DNA of 64,000 nucleotides from Parcubacteria group bacterium. Its GTDB lineage: Bacteria > Patescibacteriota > Minisyncoccia > Moranbacterales > UBA2206. The translations under genes were made by a program, and so were the position numbers. This document shows, piece after piece, positions 1-8,473 of the stretch (position 1 is the stretch's first letter; the number at the start of each line of letters is the position of its first letter). Location: positions 15,608 to 79,607 of the forward strand of contig JBAYLE010000003.1 of assembly GCA_041664225.1 (NCBI GenBank), in the 5' to 3' direction. A model generated the notes under the pieces. It was not told the origin of the DNA. It saw only the letters and a program-made list of their open reading frames with translations, and searched no databases.

Positions 1-1752
1 GAAGTTCCTACTTCGCTTTACCGCAAAAAAATAATGAGCCTCGATGTCGCCCAACTCATCGCCGGCACCAGTTTTCGCGGAGAGTTTGAATCGCGCCTCA
101 AGGAAATAATCAAAGAAGCCAAGAATAATAACGACGTTATTTTATTCATCGATGAAATCCATAATATTGTCGGGGCCGGCAATGTGGCCGGCAGTTTGGA
201 TTTGGCCAATATCATCAAGCCCGCACTGGCGCGCGGCGAAATGCAGCTCATCGGCGCGACAACGCTCGCGGAGTATAAAAAATATATTGAGAAGGACGCA
301 GCACTGGAGCGGAGATTCCAGCCGGTGCAAGTCCAGGAACCAACCGAAGAAGAAGCCAGAAAAATCCTTTTCGGAATAAAAAGCAATTATGAGGCCTTTC
401 ATAACGTCTCGATTTCTCCAGATGCTGTGGATTTGACTGTGGCTCTCTGCGTCCGTTATATCCAAAACCGCCATCTGCCGGATAAAGCTATTGATGTAAT
501 CGATGAAACCGCTTCCAACATCCGTTCAAAAAACAATCCGCCGGGGCGGACAGATCTTATCCGCGCTATCAAAAAAGCCGAGGACGAGAAATTAGCCCTC
601 CTCACTGAGAAAGAAACGCTAGTTTCTGAAGAAAATTTTGAAAAAGCCATCAGTTTGCGCTCTCAGGAAAAAGAATTGGATGAAAAAATAAACTCTCTGC
701 GGCAAAAGCAAGCGCAGATAGAAATGGAAAACAAGATCAGTATTCGCGCAGAAGATATCATTGAGACTATTTCCAGGATATCCGGAATCCCCGTCGAAAA
801 ACTTGCGCAAGAAAAAAACAATAAATTGAAAAATATCAAAAAGACCTTGGCCGCGCAAATCATCGGGCAGAAAGAAGTCATCGAAAAACTTTCCGATACC
901 CTCATCCGTTCGCAAGCCGGCATCGGCAACCCTGATCGCCCGCTCGGTTCCTTTCTGTTTTTGGGCCCGACCGGAGTCGGCAAAACACTGACAGCCAAAA
1001 TTCTTGCGAAAGATTTTTTTGGCTCGAAAAAAAGTTTGGTCCGCATCGACATGAGCGAGCTCATGGAACGCCATAGTGTTTCTTCGCTTATCGGTTCGCC
1101 GGCAGGTTATATCGGCTATGGCGAAGGCGGCAACCTGACTGAAAAGGTACGGCAAAATCCATATTCCGTCGTCCTTTTTGACGAAATTGAAAAAGCCCAT
1201 CCGGATGTTTTCAATATCCTCCTGCAGATCCTGGAAGACGGCATTCTGACTGATGCGCAAGGCTTGCAAGTAAGTTTTAAAAATACCATCATTATTCTCA
1301 CATCGAATGTCGGCACGGATGAATTCACCAATGCTTCGCGGGTCGGTTTTGCCTCCGAACAATCAAGAGACGTTGTTTCCAAATTTAACGAAATCAAAGA
1401 TCAGGCCATCAAGGAATTAGAAAGAAATATGCGCCCCGAGCTGCTCAATCGCCTGGATTATATCCTCGTCTTCAACTCTTTGGGGAAATATGAAATCCAA
1501 AAAATTTCTGTGGTGGAAATGAATAAATTGAAAGCGCGCGTCAAAAAACAAGGCATCCTCTTGAGCTTCAATAAAGCGGTTTCCGATTTTGTCGCCGAAA
1601 AAAGTCTGGCCCTGAGCCAGGGCGCCCGGCTGGTCAGAAAAAACGTCCAGGAAATGATCGAAAATCCGATCGCGGAAATGATAATCTATAACAAAGTGCG
1701 CGATAAAAAGATTACCGTAAAAGTGGAGAAAGGAGAGATAAAATTAATCTAG
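1..1752 (+). CDS. clpC: ATP-dependent Clp protease ATP-binding subunit (ClpC/ClpB family), 5'-truncated by the window edge
   Basis: Frame is open from base 1. AAA1 Walker B (LFIDEIH), IGATT, DAALERRFQ, coiled-coil/UVR middle region, AAA2 Walker A GPTGVGKT, GYIGY pore loop, LFDEIEKAH. Confidence 0.92.
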   Translation, partial: EVPTSLYRKKIMSLDVAQLIAGTSFRGEFESRLKEIIKEAKNNNDVILFIDEIHNIVGAGNVAGSLDLANIIKPALARGEMQLIGATTLAEYKKYIEKDAALERRFQPVQVQEPTEEEARKILFGIKSNYEAFHNVSISPDAVDLTVALCVRYIQNRHLPDKAIDVIDETASNIRSKNNPPGRTDLIRAIKKAEDEKLALLTEKETLVSEENFEKAISLRSQEKELDEKINSLRQKQAQIEMENKISIRAEDIIETISRISGIPVEKLAQEKNNKLKNIKKTLAAQIIGQKEVIEKLSDTLIRSQAGIGNPDRPLGSFLFLGPTGVGKTLTAKILAKDFFGSKKSLVRIDMSELMERHSVSSLIGSPAGYIGYGEGGNLTEKVRQNPYSVVLFDEIEKAHPDVFNILLQILEDGILTDAQGLQVSFKNTIIILTSNVGTDEFTNASRVGFASEQSRDVVSKFNEIKDQAIKELERNMRPELLNRLDYILVFNSLGKYEIQKISVVEMNKLKARVKKQGILLSFNKAVSDFVAEKSLALSQGARLVRKNVQEMIENPIAEMIIYNKVRDKKITVKVEKGEIKLI

Positions 1753-1757
1753 AAAAT

Positions 1758-1880
1758 AATTTACAATTTTCAATTTTCAATTTACAATCAATTTTCAATT
1801 ATTTAATTATCAATAACTTAAAATTTGAAAATTGGTTCATTGGAAATTCAATGAAAATTGATTACTGAGCATTGAAAATT
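1758..1880. repeat. Inverted heptamer-repeat array (AATTTTC arm followed by GAAAATT arm)
   Basis: AATTTAC AATTTTC AATTTTC AATTTAC AATC AATTTTC, then several (T)GAAAATT units read directly from the sequence. Confidence 0.8.
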
Positions 1881-2624
1881 TCAAATTCTCTTCAAAACAT
1901 AAAAGTCTTTGTGTTGGACACTCTCTTCCCAATCTCCTGCATTTCCTGCGGCCTTGATGATGTTTGGCTTTGTGAAGCCTGTTTTCAAAAAATCGAACTG
2001 CTTCCCTTTCAGGTTTGTCCGCGCTGCGAAAAACTGATTGCTGAAAAAGGTCGGCTGTGCGACCATTGCAAAAAAGACAGATCGACGCTCGATAGTTTAC
2101 TAGCAGCTACAAAATACAATAAAAACAACCTGGCCAAAATGGTCCACCTGTACAAATATAATTTTGTGGAAGACTTGCATGTTCCGTTCGCCAGATTGCT
2201 GGTCAAAATTATTTTGAAAAATAACTTGCCGTTGCCGGATCTGATTATCCCCGTCCCCCTGCACCAGCGCCGCCTGCGCTGGCGCGGCTTTAACCAGTCA
2301 GAACTCTTGGCAAATTACATGAGCCAAAACCTGACCCCGGGTTTTTCCATCCCGGTCGCTCCCGATCTGATCAAGCGCCAAAAATACACTCCCCCGCAGA
2401 TGCAGATCGGCAATTATTCCGAGAGAAGAAAAAATATGCGGGATGCGTTCGTCTTAAATTCAAACCAAGATATCCAAAATAAAAAGATTCTTCTAATTGA
2501 TGACATCGCCACTACCGGTGCCACGCTCTTTGAGTGTGCTAAGGTTTTGAAAACAAACGGCGCCAAAAAAGTCTTCGCCGCCGTCATTGCGAGACAGGAA
2601 TTTAACAATGAAAAAATTACGTAA
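1872..2624 (+). CDS. comF: ComF family protein (double zinc ribbon plus phosphoribosyltransferase domain)
   Basis: CxxC pairs at the N-terminus, IIPVPLH..R...RGFNQS, and PRT motif LLIDDIATTGAT. Start codon uncertain. Confidence 0.92.
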   Translation: MKISNSLQNIKVFVLDTLFPISCISCGLDDVWLCEACFQKIELLPFQVCPRCEKLIAEKGRLCDHCKKDRSTLDSLLAATKYNKNNLAKMVHLYKYNFVEDLHVPFARLLVKIILKNNLPLPDLIIPVPLHQRRLRWRGFNQSELLANYMSQNLTPGFSIPVAPDLIKRQKYTPPQMQIGNYSERRKNMRDAFVLNSNQDIQNKKILLIDDIATTGATLFECAKVLKTNGAKKVFAAVIARQEFNNEKIT

Positions 2625-2694
2625 TTTATATTTATTGTTAGCTTGATGTTTGATAATATATTTGTTATCCTTCTTATTGTATAAATGTGAATAT

Positions 2695-2781
2695 GGAAAG
2701 GTGGCTGAGTGGCCGAAAGCGGCTCCGTGCTAAGGAGTTGTCCTCGAAAGGGGACCGTGAGTTCGAATCTCACCCTTTCCG
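2695..2781 (+). tRNA. tRNA-Ser(GCT)
   Basis: Acceptor GGAAAGG/CCTTTCC, anticodon arm GCTCC-GTGCTAA-GGAGT, long variable arm, T-loop TTCGAAT, G73; CCA not encoded. Confidence 0.93.
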
Positions 2782-2840
2782 CAAAGAATAAAAATGGCTT
2801 TTCTAGGCTGTTTTTATTTACAAAGATTGCAATCCAGCGC

Positions 2841-2870
2841 TTGACTTTTCCCTTCCGCCATGCTATTATC
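2841..2870 (+). promoter_or_regulatory. sigma70-type promoter of the zinc-ribbon gene
   Basis: TTGACT-17 nt-TATTAT with extended -10 TG. Confidence 0.7.
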
Positions 2871-2989
2871 TTCCCAGGTGAATGTATCGCATTAGTTATC
2901 CAAGTTTTATATTAGGTAAGCTATAAGAGTAAGTCACCAATTAATCCCTCATTTTGGGAATAACTAGAAAGGCAGGTGACTATACTTTA

Positions 2990-3235
2990 ATGGCTTATCA
3001 AGACAACGGTCAAAGACCTCAAAGGCAAATGTTCGACATTACCGCGCTAAACATAACTTGCGCTGAATGTGGAGCTGCAATAACTCAATTGCCTTTCGAA
3101 CCAACCCTGAAAGACGATGGTACATATGGCAAACTTTATTGTTACGACTGTAACAAAAAAAGAATGGCAGACAAACCAAAGAGAAGTTTCGGAGGTAATG
3201 GCGGATTCGGCGGAGGAAGAAGAGATAGATACTAA
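2990..3235 (+). CDS. Small zinc-ribbon protein, CxxC-x17-CxxC-like, with a Gly/Arg-rich tail
   Basis: RQMF...CAECG....LPFEP...LYCYDC and a C-terminal GGFGGGRR; ATG at 2990 preferred over the upstream TTG. Confidence 0.8.
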   Translation: MAYQDNGQRPQRQMFDITALNITCAECGAAITQLPFEPTLKDDGTYGKLYCYDCNKKRMADKPKRSFGGNGGFGGGRRDRY

Positions 3236-3252
3236 TCTACTTTTCAATAAAA

Positions 3253-3280
3253 GAAAAATCCCGATTAATCGGGATTTTTC
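3253..3280. terminator. Bidirectional intrinsic terminator
   Basis: GAAAAATCCCGAT-TA-ATCGGGATTTTTC between convergent genes. Confidence 0.8.
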
Positions 3281-3315
3281 TTTTGTATCTTTTGCGACCA
3301 AAAAAAGTAAGCGAG

Positions 3316-3867
3316 CTAGATTCCCAAAAACCTTTCGAAAGTATCCACAATGCTAGGCTCTTGCTTTATTTCTGGCACATATTCCAAAAGTATCCGTCTG
3401 ATTTCCAGCGGGTCTTCATCATGTATCGGAATATGCACAAATGGCATAATTTTATTTTTCATATGCAGGCTTATCACTTTCACTTGCCCCGGTTCATAGA
3501 ATATCCAGAAAGCTATCATGTTGTCGAATTCATAAAGATCCCTGCCAGCGATAATTCCGTCATGCGTGATCAAGAAATCCAAAATCCGCGGTGTTCTGTT
3601 AACAAAAATGTAGCCAACCACCCCGATTAAAATAAAAGTTATCGCCATGACCGGGCTTTCTGTATAAACCGCGAAGGCTACAATGACAGCCAGCAAAAGT
3701 AAGGCATAAAGATACCATTTTCTGCTTTTCTCATAAATTTCGTATTCCGGCGCCTGCCAGTGCAACAGGACGTTTTTTGCGGATTGATCCTGCGGGTCAT
3801 CATCCGAATAATCTTCTTGATTGTCGAAGTTTTCTTCTTTTTTATTTTTAAAATTCTCTACGTACAT
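3316..3867 (-). CDS. Conserved hypothetical membrane protein (two TM helices plus a C-terminal soluble domain)
   Basis: 183-aa ORF; WQAPEY..YEKSRKWY followed by two hydrophobic helices, a pattern typical of CPR membrane proteins. Confidence 0.75.
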   Translation of the reverse strand: MYVENFKNKKEENFDNQEDYSDDDPQDQSAKNVLLHWQAPEYEIYEKSRKWYLYALLLLAVIVAFAVYTESPVMAITFILIGVVGYIFVNRTPRILDFLITHDGIIAGRDLYEFDNMIAFWIFYEPGQVKVISLHMKNKIMPFVHIPIHDEDPLEIRRILLEYVPEIKQEPSIVDTFERFLGI

Positions 3868-3955
3868 ATTTCATTAATTTATCTCCGTTTACCAATTAAT
3901 ACTACCATGTTTACAAATCTATTTCTAGTTGCTATCATTTTATGGTATTTTCAAC

Positions 3956-4026
3956 ATATAGGAAGAGTGCCCGAGTGGGCTGAATGCGGATGAGCATTCA
4001 GCGGGTTGCAAAAGCAACCCGGGAAC
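3956..4026 (+). repeat. Duplicated 5' part of tRNA-Ser(TGA) with two hairpins in place of the D-loop segment
   Basis: ATATAGGAAGAGTGCCCGAGTGG is identical to 4049-4071; it is followed by two hairpins and then GGGAAC as in the tRNA. Confidence 0.8.
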
Positions 4027-4053
4027 CACGAGGCAAACAATTTTTTAAATATA

Positions 4054-4140
4054 GGAAGAGTGCCCGAGTGGTTTAAGGGAACAGTCTTGAAAACTGTCGT
4101 GGGTGAAAGTCCACCGTGAGTTCGAATCTCACCTCTTCCG
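4054..4140 (+). tRNA. tRNA-Ser(TGA)
   Basis: Acceptor GGAAGAG/CTCTTCC, anticodon arm ACAGT-CTTGAAA-ACTGT, long variable arm, TTCGAAT. Confidence 0.95.
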
Positions 4141-4164
4141 CCTTCGTGAAGAAGTCCATAAATT

Positions 4165-4237
4165 GCGCTTATAGCTCAGTGGATAGAGCGTCTGGTTGCG
4201 GTCCAGAAGGTCGCAGGTTCGATTCCTGCTAAGCGCA
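4165..4237 (+). tRNA. tRNA-Arg(GCG)
   Basis: Acceptor GCGCTTA/TAAGCGC, D-loop AGTGGATA, anticodon arm TCTGG-TTGCGGT-CCAGA, TTCGATT. Confidence 0.93.
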
Positions 4238-4245
4238 CTAAAGTG

Positions 4246-4302
4246 TTCCTGCTCGCTTCGATTCGACAAAATGTCTCATCGAGTCGAAGCTAGCTAAGCG
4301 CA
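4246..4302 (+). repeat. Duplicated 3' end of tRNA-Arg(GCG) interrupted by a hairpin
   Basis: TTCCTGCT..GCTAAGCGCA matches the tRNA 3' end; the insert contains GCTTCGATTCGA...TCGAGTCGAAGC. Confidence 0.75.
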
Positions 4303-4320
4303 TAAATTACACTTATCACT

Positions 4321-5439
4321 ATGCAAAAAAACGGCTTAAGAACTTGGGTTGAGATTGATAAAAAAGCTATTCGCCATAATTATCAAATTTTCCGCTCTCA
4401 AATCGGCAAAAAATGCCAACTCATGTCGGTCGTAAAATCAAACGCTTATGGCCACTCCCTTTTGAACTTTTCGAAAGAAATGGAAAAGCTTGGTGTTGAT
4501 TGGTTGGGCGTTGATTCGATCGTTGAAGGCGAAGCTTTGCGAAAAGAAAAAATATCTCCCAAAATTCTTGTGCTGGGGCATACTCTTCCGGAAAAAATTA
4601 CGAGTGCGATTGAAAACCGCTTGAGCCTCACCGTTTCCACTCTTGAAAATCTCAAAAATATTCTCCGCCATAAAACGGCAAAGAAAATCAAGATTCATTT
4701 AAAAATTGATACCGGCATGCACCGCCAGGGTTTTTTTATTCAGGATCTTAAAAAAGCCATCCATCTTCTCAAAAAAAATAAGGACTTTATTGAAGTCGAA
4801 GGCATATACACGCATTTCGCCGCCGCCAAAAATCCATCCTTCCCAAAAGACACGCAAACCCAACTGGCAGAATTTGAAGAAGCGGTGACGCTAGTAAGAT
4901 CAGCTGGCTTCAATCCCATCCGTCACGCTGCCGCCACTTCCGGTACTTTGCTTTTTCCGAAGTCTCATTTTGACATGGTACGGGTCGGCATTGGCCTTTA
5001 CGGTCTGTGGCCATCCAAAGAAACTGAAGCTTCTGTGAAAAATAAAATTAAACTTGAACCGGTTCTGTTCTGGAAAACCAGAGTGAGTGAAATAAAGAAT
5101 CTGAAAAAGGGAGATCGATTGGGTTATGATTTTACCGAAAGAGTCTTGAGAAATTCAAAAATTGCCATTTTGCCCGTCGGTTATTGGCATGGCTATCCTC
5201 GCTCCCTGTCTTCTGTGGGCCATGTCATTATCCAGAACAAAGCCTGCAAGATACTAGGAAGAGTCGCTATGGATATGACGGTAGCGGATGTGACAGAAAT
5301 TAGAAATATCAAGTCGGGAGAAGATGTTATTCTTATGGGCAAAAATATCTCGGCGGATTACTTGGCGGATTTGGCCGGAACGGTCAATTATGAGATAGTT
5401 ACTCGGATTAATCCCCTGATCAGAAGGATTCTTGTATAG
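4321..5439 (+). CDS. alr: Alanine racemase
   Basis: VVKSNAYGH PLP-lysine motif, HLKIDTGMHRQG, VRVGIGLYG, GRVAMD, GTVNYEIVT. Confidence 0.96.
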   Translation: MQKNGLRTWVEIDKKAIRHNYQIFRSQIGKKCQLMSVVKSNAYGHSLLNFSKEMEKLGVDWLGVDSIVEGEALRKEKISPKILVLGHTLPEKITSAIENRLSLTVSTLENLKNILRHKTAKKIKIHLKIDTGMHRQGFFIQDLKKAIHLLKKNKDFIEVEGIYTHFAAAKNPSFPKDTQTQLAEFEEAVTLVRSAGFNPIRHAAATSGTLLFPKSHFDMVRVGIGLYGLWPSKETEASVKNKIKLEPVLFWKTRVSEIKNLKKGDRLGYDFTERVLRNSKIAILPVGYWHGYPRSLSSVGHVIIQNKACKILGRVAMDMTVADVTEIRNIKSGEDVILMGKNISADYLADLAGTVNYEIVTRINPLIRRILV

Positions 5440-5454
5440 TTTTAATGACGCCTC

Positions 5455-5537
5455 TTGACAAATTAACTTTTTTTAGTTATACTCATTTGAAAGTTGGAGG
5501 AGGTTCTATCTTCGATAGAGCTCATAGTTCTTTATAA
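5455..5537 (+). promoter_or_regulatory. sigma70 promoter followed by a small hairpin and a boxA-like motif
   Basis: TTGACA-17-TATACT (5455-5483), hairpin TCTATC-TTC-GATAGA, GTTCTTTATAA at 5527-5537. Confidence 0.6.
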
Positions 5538-5605
5538 AAGGAAAGGTAGGTGATGCTTTGTAATATTTTTTATAAGAGCGGGGGAATTTTCGGGGGGAAA
5601 TTTCC

Positions 5606-5845
5606 ATGGAAAGGATCTACATGACACAGAATCAGATATTAAAAATCCCTGAAACACTTGTTTTGTCGTCCGGAGGAACGCACATCGCTAATGGATTTCG
5701 ACTTTCCAACAAAACCAGTGAATCCGGTCTGGAACAAAAAGAAGTGCGGTTAAAAACTCCGAAGGGACACAGGTGGGTACCAATTTGGACTTTGTACACT
5801 GGCTCCCAGGACTCTGTTCTGAGAGCTGCCGGCCTTTCGAATTAG
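5606..5845 (+). CDS. Hypothetical protein or decayed orphan gene
   Basis: 79-aa ORF between a strong promoter and a terminator; no recognisable motif. Confidence 0.4.
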   Translation: MERIYMTQNQILKIPETLVLSSGGTHIANGFRLSNKTSESGLEQKEVRLKTPKGHRWVPIWTLYTGSQDSVLRAAGLSN

Positions 5846-5953
5846 CTTCTTTTTCTTGGGGGTGTGGCCTTAATACTATAGCTATAGTGCACACCCAGGG
5901 AAAGAAACAAGCAAATGAGTTTTATGCCAAATATTTCTCATTTGCTGATCCTC

Positions 5954-5983
5954 AGAGACGGTGCCCTCGACCGTCTCTTTTTT
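5954..5983 (+). terminator. Intrinsic terminator
   Basis: AGAGACGGT-7 nt-ACCGTCTCT followed by a T run. Confidence 0.75.
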
Positions 5984-6041
5984 ATTTGCCAAAAAATTAA
6001 GCGGGCTAGATACCAAATACCAGATGCGATATACTATACTT

Positions 6042-8126
6042 ATGATTACTCCTGAAACTTTATTGGCCAAAATCCCACGCGTCACCCCAAAATATCTGGG
6101 ACTTTTGGAAAAAGTCGGGATTATTTCCGTCCGTGATTTTTTGTTGTACTTCCCCTTCCGCTATGACGATTTTTCTCAGATCGTCCAAATTTCCGAAGAA
6201 TATATCGGCCAGACGGTTACTATTAAAGGAATTGTTAAAAAAACAAAATTGGCCAGAATTTTCCGCCGCAAAATGACCATTACCGAAGTTGTTATCCAAG
6301 ATGAATTTAACACTCCCCTCAAAGCCATCTGGTTCAACCAGCATTTCATTTTGGATACTTTGAAAGAAGGTGTTTTAGTAAGGCTCTCTGGCAAATTGGA
6401 ACTCAAGGGAAAATTTTTTACTATGACCAATCCGGCCTGGGAAAAATCTTCGCGCGAAGCAACTAATACCGGCATTCTAGTCCCGGTTTACAATGAAACC
6501 AGAGGACTCACTTCCAAGTGGATTCGCTGGCAATTGAAACCCCTTTTGCCGCTCGCCAAACAAGTTGAAGATCCGATCCCCTTTGAGATTCGCAAGAGAT
6601 TAAATCTTTATGATATCCAAACTGCGCTCCAACAAATTCATTTTCCGCAAAATCCGGAAGAGCTTTTGCGCGCCCAAAAAAGATTCGCTTTCGAGGAAAT
6701 GTTTCTGGTCCAGCTCAAGACTTTGCAGGTCAAGCATGCTTGGGAGAAAAATAATTCGCTTGAGATACTCTTTGACGAAAAGCTGATCAAAAAATTTGTC
6801 AGTGTCCTACCGTTCAAACTTACTGACGCACAAAGAAAATCAACTTTTGAAATTTTGAAAGATTTGGAGAAGCCCAAACCGATGAACCGCTTACTAAACG
6901 GCGATGTCGGATCTGGAAAAACTGTCGTAGCCGCGATCGCTTCTTTACAAGCGATATCCGCCGATTTTCAAGTCGCCATCATGGCGCCCACCGAAGTTCT
7001 GGCCAAACAACATTTTGAAAGTTTTTGTAAATTATTTGAAAATTATCAAATCAATATCGCACTGCTAACTAATTCGTATAAATTACTGGATGATAATAGG
7101 GTATCGCGTACTAATTTATTAGACAAGATCGAAACTGGTAAAATTGATTTAGTCATCGGTACCCATGCCTTGATTCAAAGGGACGTCAGATTTAAAAATC
7201 TGGCTTTGGTCATAATTGATGAACAGCATCGCTTCGGAGTTGCCCAACGCGCAGCTTTGCAGCAAGAAACTATGTCGATTAAGGACGGGGTACAAAAAAC
7301 GATCCCGCACCTGCTAACAATGACTGCCACACCTATCCCCCGCACTCTTGCCATTGCGCTTTTCGGCAGTCTGGAGCTGTCCATTCTGGATGAAATGCCA
7401 AAAAATAGAAAGCCTATTATTACCAAGATTATTCCGTCAACAGGACGCAAAGAAATTTATAATTTCATACGCAAAGAGATATCTGACGGCCGGCAAGTTT
7501 TTGTCATCTTCCCCCTGATTGAAGAATCCAAAGCTCTCACTGAAATCAAGGCAGCTACTGTGGAGCACGAAAAACTATCTAAAATATTCCCTGAATTCAA
7601 TATTGGGCTTTTGCATGGACGGCTTAAGCCGACTGAAAAAGAAAAAGTAATGCAGGAATTCAAGGAAAAGGAACTAGATATTTTGGTTTCCACTTCCGTA
7701 GTCGAAGTTGGCATCGACATTCCCAACGCAACCGTAATGATCATCGAAGACGCTGACCGTTTCGGTTTGTCGCAATTGCATCAATTCCGCGGCCGCGTCG
7801 GCCGGGGTGAGCATCAATCATATTGTTTTCTATTCACCGGTTCCGATTCGAGCAAAACCGCCGGCCGCCTAACCGCCCTTACTGAAAGCAATGACGGTTT
7901 CAGAATCGCCGAAAAAGATTTGGCTTTGCGCGGACCGGGACAATTCTTCGGAACCCTACAGTCCGGTATCCCTGACATCGCTATGGAAAATCTGAGCAAT
8001 ATCAAACTGATAAAATACTCCCGCGCCGAAGCGCAAAATCTTTTGAGCCTAGACCCTGAATTAAAAAAACATCCCGCTACGCAAGATGCTCTCCTGAAAT
8101 TTTCAGAAAAAATCCACTTGGAATAA
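6042..8126 (+). CDS. recG: ATP-dependent DNA helicase RecG
   Basis: LLYFPFRYDD, wedge domain, RLLNGDVGSGKT, DEQHRFGV, MTATPIPRTL, QLHQFRGRVGRG, DLALRGPG. ATG 6042 preferred. Confidence 0.96.
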   Translation: MITPETLLAKIPRVTPKYLGLLEKVGIISVRDFLLYFPFRYDDFSQIVQISEEYIGQTVTIKGIVKKTKLARIFRRKMTITEVVIQDEFNTPLKAIWFNQHFILDTLKEGVLVRLSGKLELKGKFFTMTNPAWEKSSREATNTGILVPVYNETRGLTSKWIRWQLKPLLPLAKQVEDPIPFEIRKRLNLYDIQTALQQIHFPQNPEELLRAQKRFAFEEMFLVQLKTLQVKHAWEKNNSLEILFDEKLIKKFVSVLPFKLTDAQRKSTFEILKDLEKPKPMNRLLNGDVGSGKTVVAAIASLQAISADFQVAIMAPTEVLAKQHFESFCKLFENYQINIALLTNSYKLLDDNRVSRTNLLDKIETGKIDLVIGTHALIQRDVRFKNLALVIIDEQHRFGVAQRAALQQETMSIKDGVQKTIPHLLTMTATPIPRTLAIALFGSLELSILDEMPKNRKPIITKIIPSTGRKEIYNFIRKEISDGRQVFVIFPLIEESKALTEIKAATVEHEKLSKIFPEFNIGLLHGRLKPTEKEKVMQEFKEKELDILVSTSVVEVGIDIPNATVMIIEDADRFGLSQLHQFRGRVGRGEHQSYCFLFTGSDSSKTAGRLTALTESNDGFRIAEKDLALRGPGQFFGTLQSGIPDIAMENLSNIKLIKYSRAEAQNLLSLDPELKKHPATQDALLKFSEKIHLE

Positions 8127-8141
8127 ATTATACATAAAACA

Positions 8142-8169
8142 AAAATCCCACCTTACGGTGGGGTTTTTT
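8142..8169. terminator. Bidirectional terminator between recG and the csp gene
   Basis: AAAATCCCACC-TTAC-GGTGGGGTTTTTT. Confidence 0.8.
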
Positions 8170-8180
8170 GTTATTCAAGA

Positions 8181-8384
8181 TTATGAAATTCTTGATACGT
8201 TGACTGCATTCGGTCCCTTAGGACTTTCAGCAACCTCGAATTGAACCTTGTCGCCTTCCTTCAAATCATTGTACTCCACTCCTTGGAGTTCTTTTGAGTG
8301 AAAGAAAAGATCCTTGTCACTACCTTCAACGGTAATGAATCCGAATCCGCGGTCGGTCAATCTTTTGATTGTTCCTGTTTGCAT
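8181..8384 (-). CDS. cspA: Cold-shock protein (CspA family)
   Basis: GFGFI RNP1, DLFFHSKEL RNP2, KGPNAVNV; 67 aa from ATG 8384. Confidence 0.95.
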   Translation of the reverse strand: MQTGTIKRLTDRGFGFITVEGSDKDLFFHSKELQGVEYNDLKEGDKVQFEVAESPKGPNAVNVSRIS

Positions 8385-8473
8385 TTTCTTTTGCTTGTGT
8401 TGGTTAAATATCATTCGTCGCGATGCAAAAGGAAGTTCGACTACACTATTGTTGCATGCTTCTGTGATGTATT

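Noticed and set aside
5553-5845. Programmed frameshift joining the 23-codon ORF at 5553 to the 79-aa ORF
   Set aside because: G-runs are present but there is no in-frame X-XXY-YYZ slippery site or other support; simple decay is equally likely.
5961-6041. N-terminal extension of RecG in the ORF track
   Set aside because: It overlaps a terminator and a heptamer array; RecG-like sequence starts at ATG 6042.
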